From Eledone cirrhosa (taxonomy: Eukaryota), in assembly GCA_964016885.1 (NCBI GenBank), contig OZ024766.1, forward strand, positions 17,794,001 through 17,858,000: a stretch of DNA of 64,000 nt, written 5' to 3'. This document shows positions 1 through 13,490 of the stretch, piece by piece. Position 1 is the first letter of the stretch. Each line of letters starts with the position of its first letter. Both the position numbers and the translations under genes were made by a program. The notes beneath the pieces were generated by a model that had not been told where the DNA came from, did not search any database, and worked only from the letters and a program-made list of their open reading frames with translations.

Positions 1-280
1 CGACCTCGACGGGATTTGAACTCAACAACGTAAAGGGACGTAACTATGCTGCAAAGCATGGTAGCTGACACTCTGCCAGATTTCCAGAGTCTTACTAATG
101 TAATTGCTTCTACTTTTTGGCACAAGGCCAGCAATTATACCAGTGCATTACTGGTACTTTATTTTATCGATCGCGTAAGGATGAATGGTAAAGTTAACCT
201 CGGCGGGATTTGAACTCGGATCATAAAGGGAGGTAACTCTGCTTCAAAGCGTGCCCGATCTTCTACCGATACTGCCGATA
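1..280 (-). mobile_element. Two copies of tRNA-SINE family 2
   Basis: Reverse complement of the GGCAGTATCGGTAGA...GAGTTCAAATCCCG...GTCGATAAA elements seen at 54560-55090. Confidence 0.7.
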
Positions 281-1320
281 AATTCTTTTAATATCCTGTT
301 TATATATATATATATTAGTTAAACATATATATATATTAGTTAATCATCATCATCACCGTTTTACGTCCGTTCTTCCACGCTAGCATGGGTTAGACAGGTT
401 GTCCTGTTGTGGGCAGTGTCTGGTCGGCTGACCATGCCTTGCTCATACAGGAACTGATTTGGCTTGGTTTTTACAGCTGGATGCCCTTCCTAACACCAAC
501 CTCATTTACAGTGAGTGCTGGGTACTTTTTTTCCATGGCGCCTACACGTCCACTTTACAGTGTGGGCTGGGTGCTTTTTTTTTTCCGTGGCACCTCCACG
601 ACCACCTTGCAGTGGGGGCGGGCATATTGTCTATATACTTCAGCTTGTACCCATGGGAGGTCGGGTACTCTGTATTACTGCGTGACGCCAGAAGTCACGG
701 TCGTGTGTCCATTGTCTTTGAGAGGTGTAATTGGGTATATATTAGTTAAACATATAAACTAATATATATATATTAGTTAAACATATATATATATATATTA
801 GTTAAACATATAATATATATTAGTTAAACATATATATATATATATATTAGTTAAACATATATATATTAGTTAAACATATAATATATATTAGTTATATATA
901 TATATATATATTAGTTAAACATATAATATATATTAGTTATACATATAATATATATTAGTTAAACATATAATGTCTCACTTCTTTCTGTTCAAATCAGCTA
1001 TAACTGGCCACTCATACTGATGTTAAGGTATTATTCTCAAGATAAATAACATCAAAATCTCATATTCGATATTGAGATAATTATCTAAGTTAAAATACAA
1101 TAGTATATATAGAGTGAATGCTAAAGGGTTATTGAGAAACGACCGTGTTCAGCTGTGGTGGAACCATATCTAGCCAATCTTTGTAGCTGACACTCTTGGG
1201 GTCACAAGAAGACCCCCAAATAGTGTTGGCTCTAGTGTGACTGAACGAGAAACTATTTGTTGTGTAGTAAATCATTCTTTTTTTTTTTTTTTTTTTTTTT
1301 TGCCCCAGCAGTAATCCAAG

Positions 1321-1477
1321 ATGTCTGCCGAAGATCCCCAACAGGCTACTATTGTTAATGATGATGATGAAGAGGTAGAAGAAGTGACTCAGGGGGAGAT
1401 GGAAACAGGGGCTGTTCTTCTGGACGAGGAGGAGAAAGTAGAAGGGGACGTTCCTATGGAAGACACCAATGTGGAAG
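1321..1477 (+). CDS. Coding exon 1: acidic N-terminus MSAEDPQQ...EDTNVE
   Basis: Poly-T tract and CAGCAG acceptor (1306-1311) lie upstream of the ATG, implying a 5' UTR exon further upstream. Donor G|GTAAGT at 1478, phase 1. Confidence 0.85.
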
Positions 1478-4400
1478 GTAAGTTGGACTGGACTACTGCC
1501 TCGTCTTGAGTTTTTTTTAACCCTTTTGAGGGCTGTATATAGATACCACTGTCTGCTTGTCCCTTTTGAGGGCCCTGTAGAGATATCCCTGCCTCCTTGT
1601 CTTGCGAGCTTTTAAACCCCTGGAGGGCTGTATATATAGGTACCCCTGTTTGCTTGTCTTGCAAGCTTTTAACCTCCTGGAGGGCTGTGTATATATATAG
1701 GTACCCCTGTTTGCTTGTCTTGTAAGCATTTAATCCCTTTGAGGGCTGAATACAAGATTCCCCTGCCTCTTTGTCTGACAAGCTTTTAACCCCTTTAGGG
1801 GCTGTATATATAGGTACCCCTGTTTGCTGGTCTTGCCAAGTTTTAATCCCTTCAGGGCTGTATACATACATAATATGCCTTGAAATTTTGTTAACGCCTC
1901 AAAAATGCCCTGAAAAAATGTTTTTCACCTAATGCGGGCCCTAGACCATAAAGTAGGTCTTTCTTTGCTCACGGTATGAAGAAGACTTTGACTAATACAT
2001 AAGACCGATTTTCTTGAAATTGTAACTAACGTAACGCCTCAAAAAACCCCTAAGCAGCTGGAAATAACGCAGTTTTTCACCTAATGCGGGCCCTAGGGGA
2101 TCAATATGTTGAATTTATGTGCATAACACTCTCTGAAACATAAGTAATAGACATGTAAAGTTTGAAAAAATTTTGGTTGGGTACTTCTCGAGTTTTAGGG
2201 ATTCCAACTCACACACACACAGACATCCTCAGGGAAATGAAGTAATGCAGACATATAAGGGCGCAACGTTATATGTATGTATCTATCTAAAAAGAGAAAG
2301 ACTAAGAATTATAGAGAGGAGATTACTTAATGCAGTCCCTAGGACATTGAAGAAAATTTGAAATGTTTTTTTTTGCTCAGAACTCCCTGAAACATAAGTA
2401 TTACATGTGTAAAGTTTGAAAACAGTCGGTTGGGTGCTTCTCGAGTTTTAGGGATTCAAACACACACGCACGCACGCGCGCGCACACACTGACATACTCA
2501 GTTTTATATATAAAATAAACATTTTTTCAATTTTTTTTTCCAGAGAAAAAAGAGGAACCTGAAAAGAAGGAAGAAGAGGATGACAACACATTTAATTTGA
2601 GTGAGTATTGGGGACTTTAGGGTTTAAACCAGCTGTATCTGACCAGTCATAAATGGCTGCTTATACTTATGTTGAGGTATTGTTCTCAAAATAAATATTA
2701 AAATCGCATAGATTTGGTATTGAGATAATTATGTAAGATAAAGCCTTTACCGTAAAAATATTGTAAATGCTAAAGGATTAATTACCATTTTGGGGTTGGT
2801 TTGTTTGAGATGTAAGTGTTGGGCTTACAATCACAATGTCGTGGGGTCAATACCTGCAGAACCAGGTTGTGTGTTGTGTTCTTGAGCAAAACCTTGTCAC
2901 GCACGGGATTCTTGTACTCAGTCGTTTAACGGTCTTGAGGTACACTTTAGTGTTTAGCATGGTCTATTGATGTGGAAAGCCTTTACTGTGACAATACAAT
3001 AGTATATATAGAGTAATGTAAATGTTATGTGAGGTAAAGCCTTTACTGTGACAATACAATAGTATATATAGAGTAATGTAAATGTTATGTGAGGTATTAT
3101 GTGAGGTAAAGCCTTTACTGTGACAATACAATAGTATATATAGAGTAATGTAAATGTTATGTGAGGTAAAGCCTTTACTGTGACAATACAATAGTATATA
3201 TAGAGTAATGTAAATGTTATGTGAGGTAAAGCCTTTACTGTGACAATACAATAGTATATATAGAGTAATGTAGATGTTATGTGAGGTAAAGCCTTTACTG
3301 TGACAATACAATAGTATATATAGAGTAATGTAAATGTTATGAGATATTATGTGAGGTAAAGCCTTTACTGTGACAATACAATAGTATATATAGAGTAATG
3401 TAAATGTTATGTGAGGTAAAGCCTTTACTGTGACAATACAATAGTATAAATAGAGTAATGTAAATGTTATGTGAGGTAAAGCCTTGACTGTGACAATACA
3501 ACAGTATATATAGAGTAATGTAGATGTTATGTGAGATATTATGAGGTAAAGCCTTTACTGTGACAATACAATAGTATATATAGAGTAATGTAAATGTTGT
3601 GAGGTAAAGCCTTTACTGTGACAATACAATAGTATATATAGTGTAATGTAAATGTTATGTGAGGTAAAGCCTTTACTGTGACAATACAATAGTATATATA
3701 GAGTAATGTAAATGTTATGCGAGATATTATGTGAGGTAAAGCCTTTACTGTGACAATACAATAGTATATATAGAGTAATGTAAATGTTATGTGAGATGTG
3801 AGGTAAAGCCTTTACTGTGACAATACAATAGTATATATAGAGTAATGTAAATGTTATGTGAGATATTATGTGAGGTAAAGCCTTTACTGTGACAATACAA
3901 TAGTATATATACAGTAATGTAAATGTTATGTGAGATATTATGTGAGGTAAAGCCTTTACTGTGACAATACAATAGTATATATAGAGTAATGTAAATGTTA
4001 TGTGAGATATTATGTGAGGTAAAGCCTTTACTGTGACAATACAATAGTATATATACAGTAATGTAAATGTTATGTGAGATATTATGTGAGGTAAAGCCTT
4101 TACTGTGACAATACAATAGTATATATAGAGTAGTGTAAATGTTATGTGAGGTATTATATGAGGTAAAGCCTTTACTGTGACAATACAATAGTATATATAG
4201 AGTAGTGTAAATGTTATGTGAGGTATTATATGAGGTAAAGCCTTTACTGTGACAATACAATAGTATATATAGTCATGTAAATGTTATGTGAGGTAAAGCC
4301 TTTACTGTGACAATACAATAGTATATATAGAATAATGTAAATGTTATGTGAGGTATTATATGAGGTAAAGCCTTTACTGTGACAATACAATAGTATATAT

Positions 4401-7400
4401 AGTCATGTAAATGTTATGTGAGGTAAAGCCTTTACTGTGAAAATACAATAATATATATAGAGTAATGTAGATATTATGAGGTAAAGCCTTTACTGTGAAA
4501 ATACAATAGTATGTTTAATGTAGGTATTTTATAAATTGGTCTGTTAATGCAGAGTTGGGGTCTAAATAAAATTAGCACAGGATATTAAAGGGAGGTCGTT
4601 GATCTTAAGAGGTACAGGAGGAAAAAAAGCAAATGGCCTGATCTTTAGATTGGACCATGGTGACTGTTTCCATTGTTGGAAGTAAGTCTGTGATGATCAC
4701 TGTCTTTATGGTTGATGTATGATGATAGCCATATGATTGGTCTTTCTGAGACACGTGCTTCGGCTAATTCTGTCTGGCACTGGCAGTTTTATGGGTTTTT
4801 CTTTAACCCTTTAGCATTCAAACCGACGAGATTATGTCCCCTTTCAAACCGACAAAAACCGACATTTAATAACACACGGAGATCTCCTTCTAAAAATAAA
4901 CATTGACATCATCGAAATCTCGTCGATTCGAGATTACTGCGAGATAAAGCCCTTACGTGCTAAAATTAACTCTTAGTATAGTTAAAGAACTTGCGAAAAC
5001 ACGTGTTTTTAACGTTGAAAGTGTAACATGGCTTCCGAAAGTCGCGACAACGGATTTGAAGGTTTTACGTCCGACATTCGAGATCAAAAAGAAACAAGAT
5101 AATATCAGTGATTTATCTTCAAACGAATCAGATATATTTCTGGAGGCACATGGCTTAGTGGTTAGAGCATTGGCCTTGCAATCGAAAGGTTGTGAGTTCA
5201 ATTCTCAGACCAGGTGATGTGTTGTTTCCTTGAGCAAGACACTTTATTTCACATTGCTCCAGTTTACTCAGCTGTAGAAATGAGATGATAGGGACTGGGG
5301 TCCCTATCATTCCACTGCAAAGTGGTCGTGGAGGTGCCACGGCAAAAAAGCACCCAGCACTCGCTGTAAATGAGGTTGGTGTTAGGAAGGGCATCCAGCT
5401 GTAGAAATCAAGCCAGAATCAGTTCCCGTCCCACCCTTGCAAGCAGGGAAAAAGCAGGCGTAAAATGAAATGATGATGATCTGATAGTCCCATGCTAAAG
5501 CACTGGATTATTATTTTTTATTTTTACCACAAACTTTCTTCGAAGTTGTGGCAAATCGCTATGCACAACGACAAATTTCTAATATCGGAAAACCCGATCT
5601 GTTATGGCGTCCGACAGATTCTGCCGAAATGAAAGCGTTTTTTACCATAAATATTATGTTTGGTATTAAACAATTTCCACGATTGTGGAATTATTGGAGT
5701 ACTGATATAAGGCTTGGTGACCCTTATATATCTAGTATTATGGCAAAAACGAGATTCATCAAATTAACCAGTATTTGCACCTGGTTGATACTTCAAATGC
5801 CCCTGGTAGAAATGAATCAAATTACGACCCACTGTACACGACTATTAATTGAATTCAGAAAAATTTAAGTGTGTTTAAACTTATATATTGGGAACATTCT
5901 GTTACGTACATTTACAGAGTACATTGCCAATATTATTTTGACTGGTGAAAAGGTTTTATACATTTTTTTCAATGAAAATATTTGCCTGGAATGTAGAGAA
6001 AGACTAAAACCTTGTACTGATTACACCTGCATTTTTAATTAATTCACCTGTTCGGAAAACTGCTAGAATTGATAGAAATCAGCATCTAGGTCATTATTGG
6101 ATTTTTTTTGCAACAAATCTAACAGATAAGGCAGATAAAGTTTAAATTTTTGTGTTTATCCATAAAGTTATTACTTTTACACCTGTTAATTAATTTCACC
6201 TGCCCATAAAAGTCAAATTTAACAAAAAAAAATCAGGTAAAAATATATAATTGTAAATTATAGTTATTTAACCCTTTAGCGTTCAAAGCGACAAAAACCG
6301 ACAAAATTATGTCCCCTTTCATTTATTCAAACCGACAAAAACCGACATTTAATACCACACGGAGATTTCCTTCTAAAAATAAACATTGACATCATCGAAA
6401 TCTCGTCAATTCGAGATTACTGCGAGATAAAGCCCTTACGCGCGAAAATTAACTCTTAGTATAGTTAAAGAACTTGCGATAACACGTGTTTTTAACGTTG
6501 AAAGTGTACCATGGCTTCCGAAAGTAGCGACAACGAATTTGAAGGTTTTACGTCCGACATTCGAGATCGAAAAGAAACAAGATAATATCAGTGATTTATC
6601 TTCAAACGAATCAGATATATTTCTGGAGGCACATGGCTTAGTGGTTAGAGCATTGGCCTTGCAATCGAAAGGTTGTGAGTTCAATTCTCAGACCAAGTGA
6701 TGTGTTGTTTCCTTGAGCAAGACACTTTATTTCACATTGCTCCAGTTTACTCAGCTGTAGAAATGAGATGATAGGGACTGGGGTCCCTATCATTCCACTG
6801 CAAAGTGGTCGTGGAGGTGCCACGGCAAAAAAGCACCCAGCACTCGCTGTAAATGAGGTTGGTGTTAGGAAGGGCATCCAGCTGTAGAAATCAAGCCAGA
6901 ATCAGTTCCCGTCCCACCCTTGCAAGCAGGGAAAAAGCAGACGTAAAATGAAATGATGATGATGATGATCTGATAGTCACTTTGAAAGTAAAAGAGATTT
7001 GACTGACACCATTGAAAAAACACCAACGTCGTTGAAAGAAACATCGATACATGTTTTAGATTTTACTGAAAATATTGGACCACAACACACATTACCACCC
7101 GATGCTAAAGCACTGGATTATTATTTTTTATTTTTACCACAAACTTTCTTCGAAGTTGTGGCAAATCGCTATGCACAACGACAAATTTCTAATATCGGAA
7201 AACCTGATCTGTTATGGCGTCCGACAGATTCTGCCGAAATGAAAGCGTTTTTTACCATAAATATTGTTTGGTATTAAACAATTTCCACGATTGTGGAATT
7301 ATTGGAGTACTGATATAAGGTTTGGTGACCCTTCTATATCTAGTATTATGGCAAAAACGAGATTCATTAAATTAAACCAGTATTTGCACCTGGTTGATAC

Positions 7401-10400
7401 TTCAAATGCCGCTGGTAGAAATGAATCAAATTACGACCCACTGTACGCCTCCCAGTCCCACACTGTAAATGTGGTTGGTATTAGGAAGGGCATCCAGCTG
7501 TAAACACGCCAGACTCCACGCTGTAATGTGGCCGTGTAGGCAACACGGTAAAAACCTCCCAGCCCCACACTGTAAACGTGGTTGGTGTTAGGAAGGGCAT
7601 CCAGCTGTAGAAAATCTGCCAGACAGTCCTATGCGAGCAAGACAACCACTCTTGCCTCAAGTGGGAAAACCCCCGTCCAAACCCATGCAAGCGTGGAACA
7701 GGGACGTTAAATGATGATGTACACGACTATGAATTGAAATGTCAGAAAAATTTAAAAGTGTGTATAAACTTATATATTGGGAAGTTTCTGTTACGTAAAT
7801 TTACAGAGTACATTGCCAATATTATTTTGACTGGTGAAAAGGTTTTATACATTTTTTTTCAATGAAAATATTTGCCTGGAATGTAGAGAAAGACTAAAAC
7901 CTTGTACTGATTACACCTGCATTTTTAATTAATTCACCTGTTCAGAAAACTGCTAGAATTGATAGAAATCAGCATCTAGGTCATTATTGGATTTTTTTGC
8001 AACAAATCTAACAAATAAGGCAGATAAAGTTTAAATTTGTGTGTTTATCCATAAAGTTATTACTTTTACACCTGTTAATTAATTTCACCTGCCCATAAAA
8101 GTCAAATTTAACAAAAAAAATCAGGTAAAAATATATAATTGTAAATTATAGTTATTTAAACATCTACTGACAAAATTTCAAGTCTGCACATAGAAAATTA
8201 AAGTAATTACAAACAAATAAAATTGATAACCCTCTTGAGTATAATTAAGTGAAAATAATGTGAATAGATGAACATGACATTAGACAATTCAATGTGAATG
8301 CTAAAGGGTAATGCAGAGTTGGGGTTAAATAAAATTAGCACAGGATATTAAAGGGAGGTCGTTGATCTTAAGAGGTACAGGAGGAAAAATAGCAAATGGT
8401 CTGATCTTTAGATTGGACCATGGTGATTGTGTTTCCATTGTTGGAAGTAAGTCTGTGATGATCACTGTCTTTATGGTTGATGTATGATGATAGCCATAAG
8501 ATTGGTCTTTCTGAGACACGTGCTTCGGCTAATTCTGTCTGGCACTGGCAGTTTTATGGGGGTTTTTTAAGACATAGTATCAGAGCTGTGATCTCTCAAT
8601 TCAGAGAAGTAGCAGCTCTACCTGGAGTGACTCTCCAGTGATTCTTACCTGAGACATTCTAACCACATGTCCATAGTATCAGAGCTGTGATCTCTCAATC
8701 CAGAGAAGTAGCAGCTCTACCTGGAGTGATTCTTTCCTGAGACATTCTAACCACATCTCCATAGTATCAGAGCTATGATCTCTCAATCCAGAGAAGTAGC
8801 AGCTCTACCTGGAGTGATTCTTTCCTGAGACATTCTAACCACATCTCCATAGTATCAGAGCTGTGATCTCTCAATCCAGAGAAGTAGCAGCTCTACCTGG
8901 AGTGATTCTTTCCTGAGACATTCTAACCACAACTCCATAGTATCAGAGCTGTGATCTCTCAATCCAGAGAAGTAGCAGCTCTACCTGGAGTGATTCTTTC
9001 CTGAGACATTCTAACCACATCTCCATAGTATCAGCTGTGATCTCTCAATCCAGAGAAGTAGCAGCTCTACCTGGAGTGATTCTTTCCTGAGACATTCTAA
9101 CATGTCCATAATATCAGAGCTGTGATCTCTCAATTCAGAGAAGTAGCAGCTCTACCTGGAGTGACTCTCCAGTGATTCTTTCCTGAGACATTCTAACCAC
9201 ATGTCCATAGTATCAGAGCTGTGGTCTCTCAATTCAGAGAAGTAGAAGCTCTACCTGGAGTGATTCTTTCCTGAGACATTCTAACCACATCTCCATAGTA
9301 TCAGAGCTGTGGTCTCTCAATTCAGAGAAATAACAGCTCTACCTGGAGTGACTCTCCAGTGATTCTTACCTGAGGCATTCTAACCACATGACCATAGTAT
9401 CAGAGCTGTGATCTCTCAATTCAGTGAAGTAGCAGCTCTACCTGGAGTGACTCTCCAGTGATTCTTTCCTGAGACATTCTAACCACATGACCATAGTATC
9501 AGAGCTGTGATCTCTCAATTCAGTGAAGTAGCAGCTCTACCTGGAGTGACTCTCCAGTGATTCTTTCCTGAGACATTCTAACCACATGTCTATAGTATCA
9601 GAGCTGTGATCTCTCAATCCAGAGAAGTAGCAGCTCTACCTGGAGTGACTCTCCAGTGATTCTTTCCTGAGACATTCTAACCACATGTCCATAGTATCAG
9701 AGCTGTGATCTCTCAATTCAGAGAAGTAGCAGCTCTACCTGGAGTGACTCTCCAGTGATTCTTACCTGAGACATTCTAACCACATGTCCATAGTATCAGA
9801 GCTGTGGTCTCTCAATTCAGAGAAGTAGCAGCTCTACCTGGAGTGACTCTCCAGTGATTCTTTCCTGAGACATTCTAACCACATGTCCATAGTATCAGAG
9901 CTGTGATCTCTCAATTCAGAGAAGTAGCAGCTCTACCTGGAGTGACTCTCCAGTGATTCTTTCCTGAGACATTCTAACCACATGTCCATAGTATCAGAGC
10001 TGTGATCTCTCAATTCAGAGAAGTAGCAGCTCTACCTGGAGTGACTCTCCAGTGATTCTTTCCTGAGACATTCTAACCACATGTCCATAGTATCAGAGCT
10101 GTGATCTCTCAATTCAGAGAAGTAGCAGCTCTACCTGGAGTGACTCTCCAGTGATTCTTTCCTGAGACATTCTAACCACATGTCCATAGTATCAGAGCTG
10201 TGATCTCTCAATTCAGAGAAGTAGCAGCTCTACCTGGAGTGACTCTCCAGTGATTCTTTCCTGAGACATTCTAACCACATGTCCATAGTATCAGAGCTGT
10301 GGTCTCTCAATTCAGAGAAGTGGCAGCTCTACCTGGAGTGACTCTCTAGTGATTCTTTCCTGAGACATTCTAACCACATGTCCATAGTATCAGAGCTGTG

Positions 10401-11816
10401 ATCTCTCAATTCAGAGAAGTAGCAGCTCTACCTGGAGTGACTCTCTAGTGATTCTTTCCTGAGACATTCTAACCACATGTCCATAGTATCAGAGCTGTGA
10501 TCGCTCAATTCAGAGAAGTAGCAGCTCTACCTGGAGTGACTCTCCAGTGATTCTTTCCTGAGACATTCTAACCACATGTCCATAGTATCAGAGCTGTGAT
10601 CTCTCAATTCAGAGAAGTAGCAGCTCTACCTGGAGTGACTCTCCAGTGATTCTTTCCTGAGACATTCTAACCACATGTCCATAGTATCAGAGCTGTGATC
10701 GCTCAATTCAGAGAAGTAGCAGCTCTACCTGGAGTGACTCACCAGTGATTCTTTCCTGAGACATTCTAACCACATGTCCATAGTATCAGAGCTGTGATCT
10801 CTCAATTCAGAGAAGTAACAGCTCTACCTGGAGTGACTCTCCAGTGATTCTTTCCTGAGACATTCTAACCACATGTCCATAGTATCAGAGCTGTGATCTC
10901 TCAATTCAGAGAAGTAACTGCTCTACCTGGAGTGACTCTCCAGTGATTCTTTCCTGAGACATTCTAACCACATGTCCATAGTATCAGAGCTGTGATCTCT
11001 CAATTCAGAGAAGTAGCAGCTCTACCTGGAGTGACTCTCCAGTGATTCTTTCCTGAGACATTCTAACCACATGTCCATAGTATCAGAGCTGTGATCGCTC
11101 AATTCAGAGAAGTAGCAGCTCTACCTGGAGTGACTCACCAGTGATTCTTTCCTGAGACATTCTAACCACATGTCCATAGTATCAGAGCTGTGATCTCTCA
11201 ATTCAGAGAAGTAACAGCTCTACCTGGAGTGACTCTCTAGTGATTCTTTCCAGAGACATTCTAACCACATGTCCATAGTATCAGAGCTGTGATCTCTCAA
11301 TTCAGAGAAGTGGCAGCTCTACCTGGAGTGACTCTCCAGTGATTCTTTCCTGAGACATTCTAACCACATGTCCATAGTATCAGAGCTGTGATCTCTCAAT
11401 ACGCCCCATCTGCCTGACGCCCTCAACGTTGACTTCAGTCCTGGTTGTTGAGGGCCTTCCGCTCCTGGGGTCATCTTCCACGTCCTCGCGTCCTTCTTTA
11501 AACCGCTTGCACCACTCAAAAACACGTGAGGGTGACATCGTCTCATCTCCACACACTAGCTGCAGCAATCCCAGTACTTCAGACGGGGTCTTCAAGTTTG
11601 TTCGTTGCTCTGTGCTCATTGCTTGACGACCTGAAACAGGGGACATGTATATAAAATTATGAAGAAAAAAGTTTGATCGCTACAGGGAGCTAAGATTACA
11701 GTTACATACTCCAGGGGGATTACTTTGAAGGAGAAAACTGTTAGTGTGAAGTTTGGGTTTGAAATAAATCTTTTGTGACATCAGTCCTGGAACTTTTCTG
11801 ACACACCTCGTGTATG

Positions 11817-11875
<59 letters not shown>

Positions 11876-13458
11876 TCATCATCATCGTTTAATGTCCATG
11901 TTCCACGCCTGCATGGGTTTGGACGGGGGAGTTTTCCCACTTGAGGCAAGAGTGGTTGTCTTGCTCAAATAGGACTGTCTGGCGGGTTTTCTACAGCTGG
12001 ATGCCCTTCCTAACACCAACCACATTTACATATATATATATATATATATATATATGACAGATTTTGAAGTATATAATCCAAATTAAGCCCTCTTCGGATT
12101 TTAGTCTTCACATTAATTATTAGTGTGTGTGTGTATGTTTTTATTGTCTGAGTAATTTTTTCCATTTGTATCTTACAGGACGTCCATATCCCAATTTGTT
12201 GACAATTCATAAACTAAAGCTTGAAGATATCAAAGTAGCAGTGTCTGAGTTGTCCGAATATTGGGACGATTCATGCCTGACCATCAGATATATTAAAGAG
12301 AAATCGGGCGTCAGGAAAGGGTATGTATATGTTTCTATCTCTTTTGGCTCCCTCTATTTCTGTGTTTCTCTTTCTCCTCTTCTCCTTTGCTCTAGCTTTC
12401 TCTCTCCTTCTTGAAATAAAGCCACCTGTTTTAACCCTTTAGAATTTACATTACTGAATATATACTATTAGATTTTTGCAGTAAAGGGTTTGTTATGGAT
12501 AAGTTGTGGTGTGTGGGAGAGAAGACTGAGGTGGTATGGACATGTGATGTGTTGAGAGAGAAACTGTATAAGAGGGATAAGTTGTGGTGTGTGGGAGAGA
12601 AGACTGAGATGGTATGGACATGTGATGAGTTGAGAGAGAAACTGTGTATAAGAGGGATAACTGTGTATAAGAGGGATAAGTTGTGGTGTGTGGGAGAGAA
12701 GACTGAGATGGTATGGACATGTGATGTGTTGAGAGAAACTGTGTTTGAGACGGATAAGATGTGTGAAGGAGAGAAGACTGCGATGGTATGGTCATGTGAT
12801 GCGCATGGAGGGTGACCTGGGTAAAGTGCCAAGAAATCCCAGTAGAAGGATGACCACAAAATCATTAACAGAGGTGATGAGAGCTGACTCCAGATCGCTG
12901 AAGCTCACGGGGGAGATGACGGACTATGACAAGTGGAGAGATGCTGTGCTGAATAGGACCCGTCCCACCCTTGCAAGCAGGGAAAAGTGGATGTAAAATG
13001 ATGATTGGAAATGTTTAAAGTGGGTGGTTATATTTCATAGAATGAGAGCCAGTTTTGTCTGGGTTGGGAATATACGGGTTAAGTTAGAGATGTTATAGAA
13101 GTCTTTCTTCATTAACCTTTTTAGTGCCGAAAACAAGATAGCTTGAACTCTTTGGAAGCTGTTGCCCACCTGGGTTAATGTGATGCTGAATGCTAATAAA
13201 TTCTCTACCCCAATATATTACAGGTTTATGCGAATGAAGTTTCCTTCTGAGGAGGCAGCTGAGATTGTGTTTAACAAGTTGATGCCAATGGAAATCAATG
13301 GAAAGACCTTTGAATATGAGCCCACAACCGAAGGTAAGTTTGTTGGTTGCGTATCTTTGTGATGGTCTTGGCTGGGTATATGGCTAGTAGTAGTAGCAGC
13401 AGCTACGCCGTTCTTTGTTAGGGAGCAACTCTGGTTCATTCTGATAGATTCCCTTGTA

Positions 13459-13490
<32 letters not shown>

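Noticed and set aside
5141-5220. tRNA gene-like sequence
   Set aside because: SINE head with A/B boxes and no complete cloverleaf; repeated with the SINE body.
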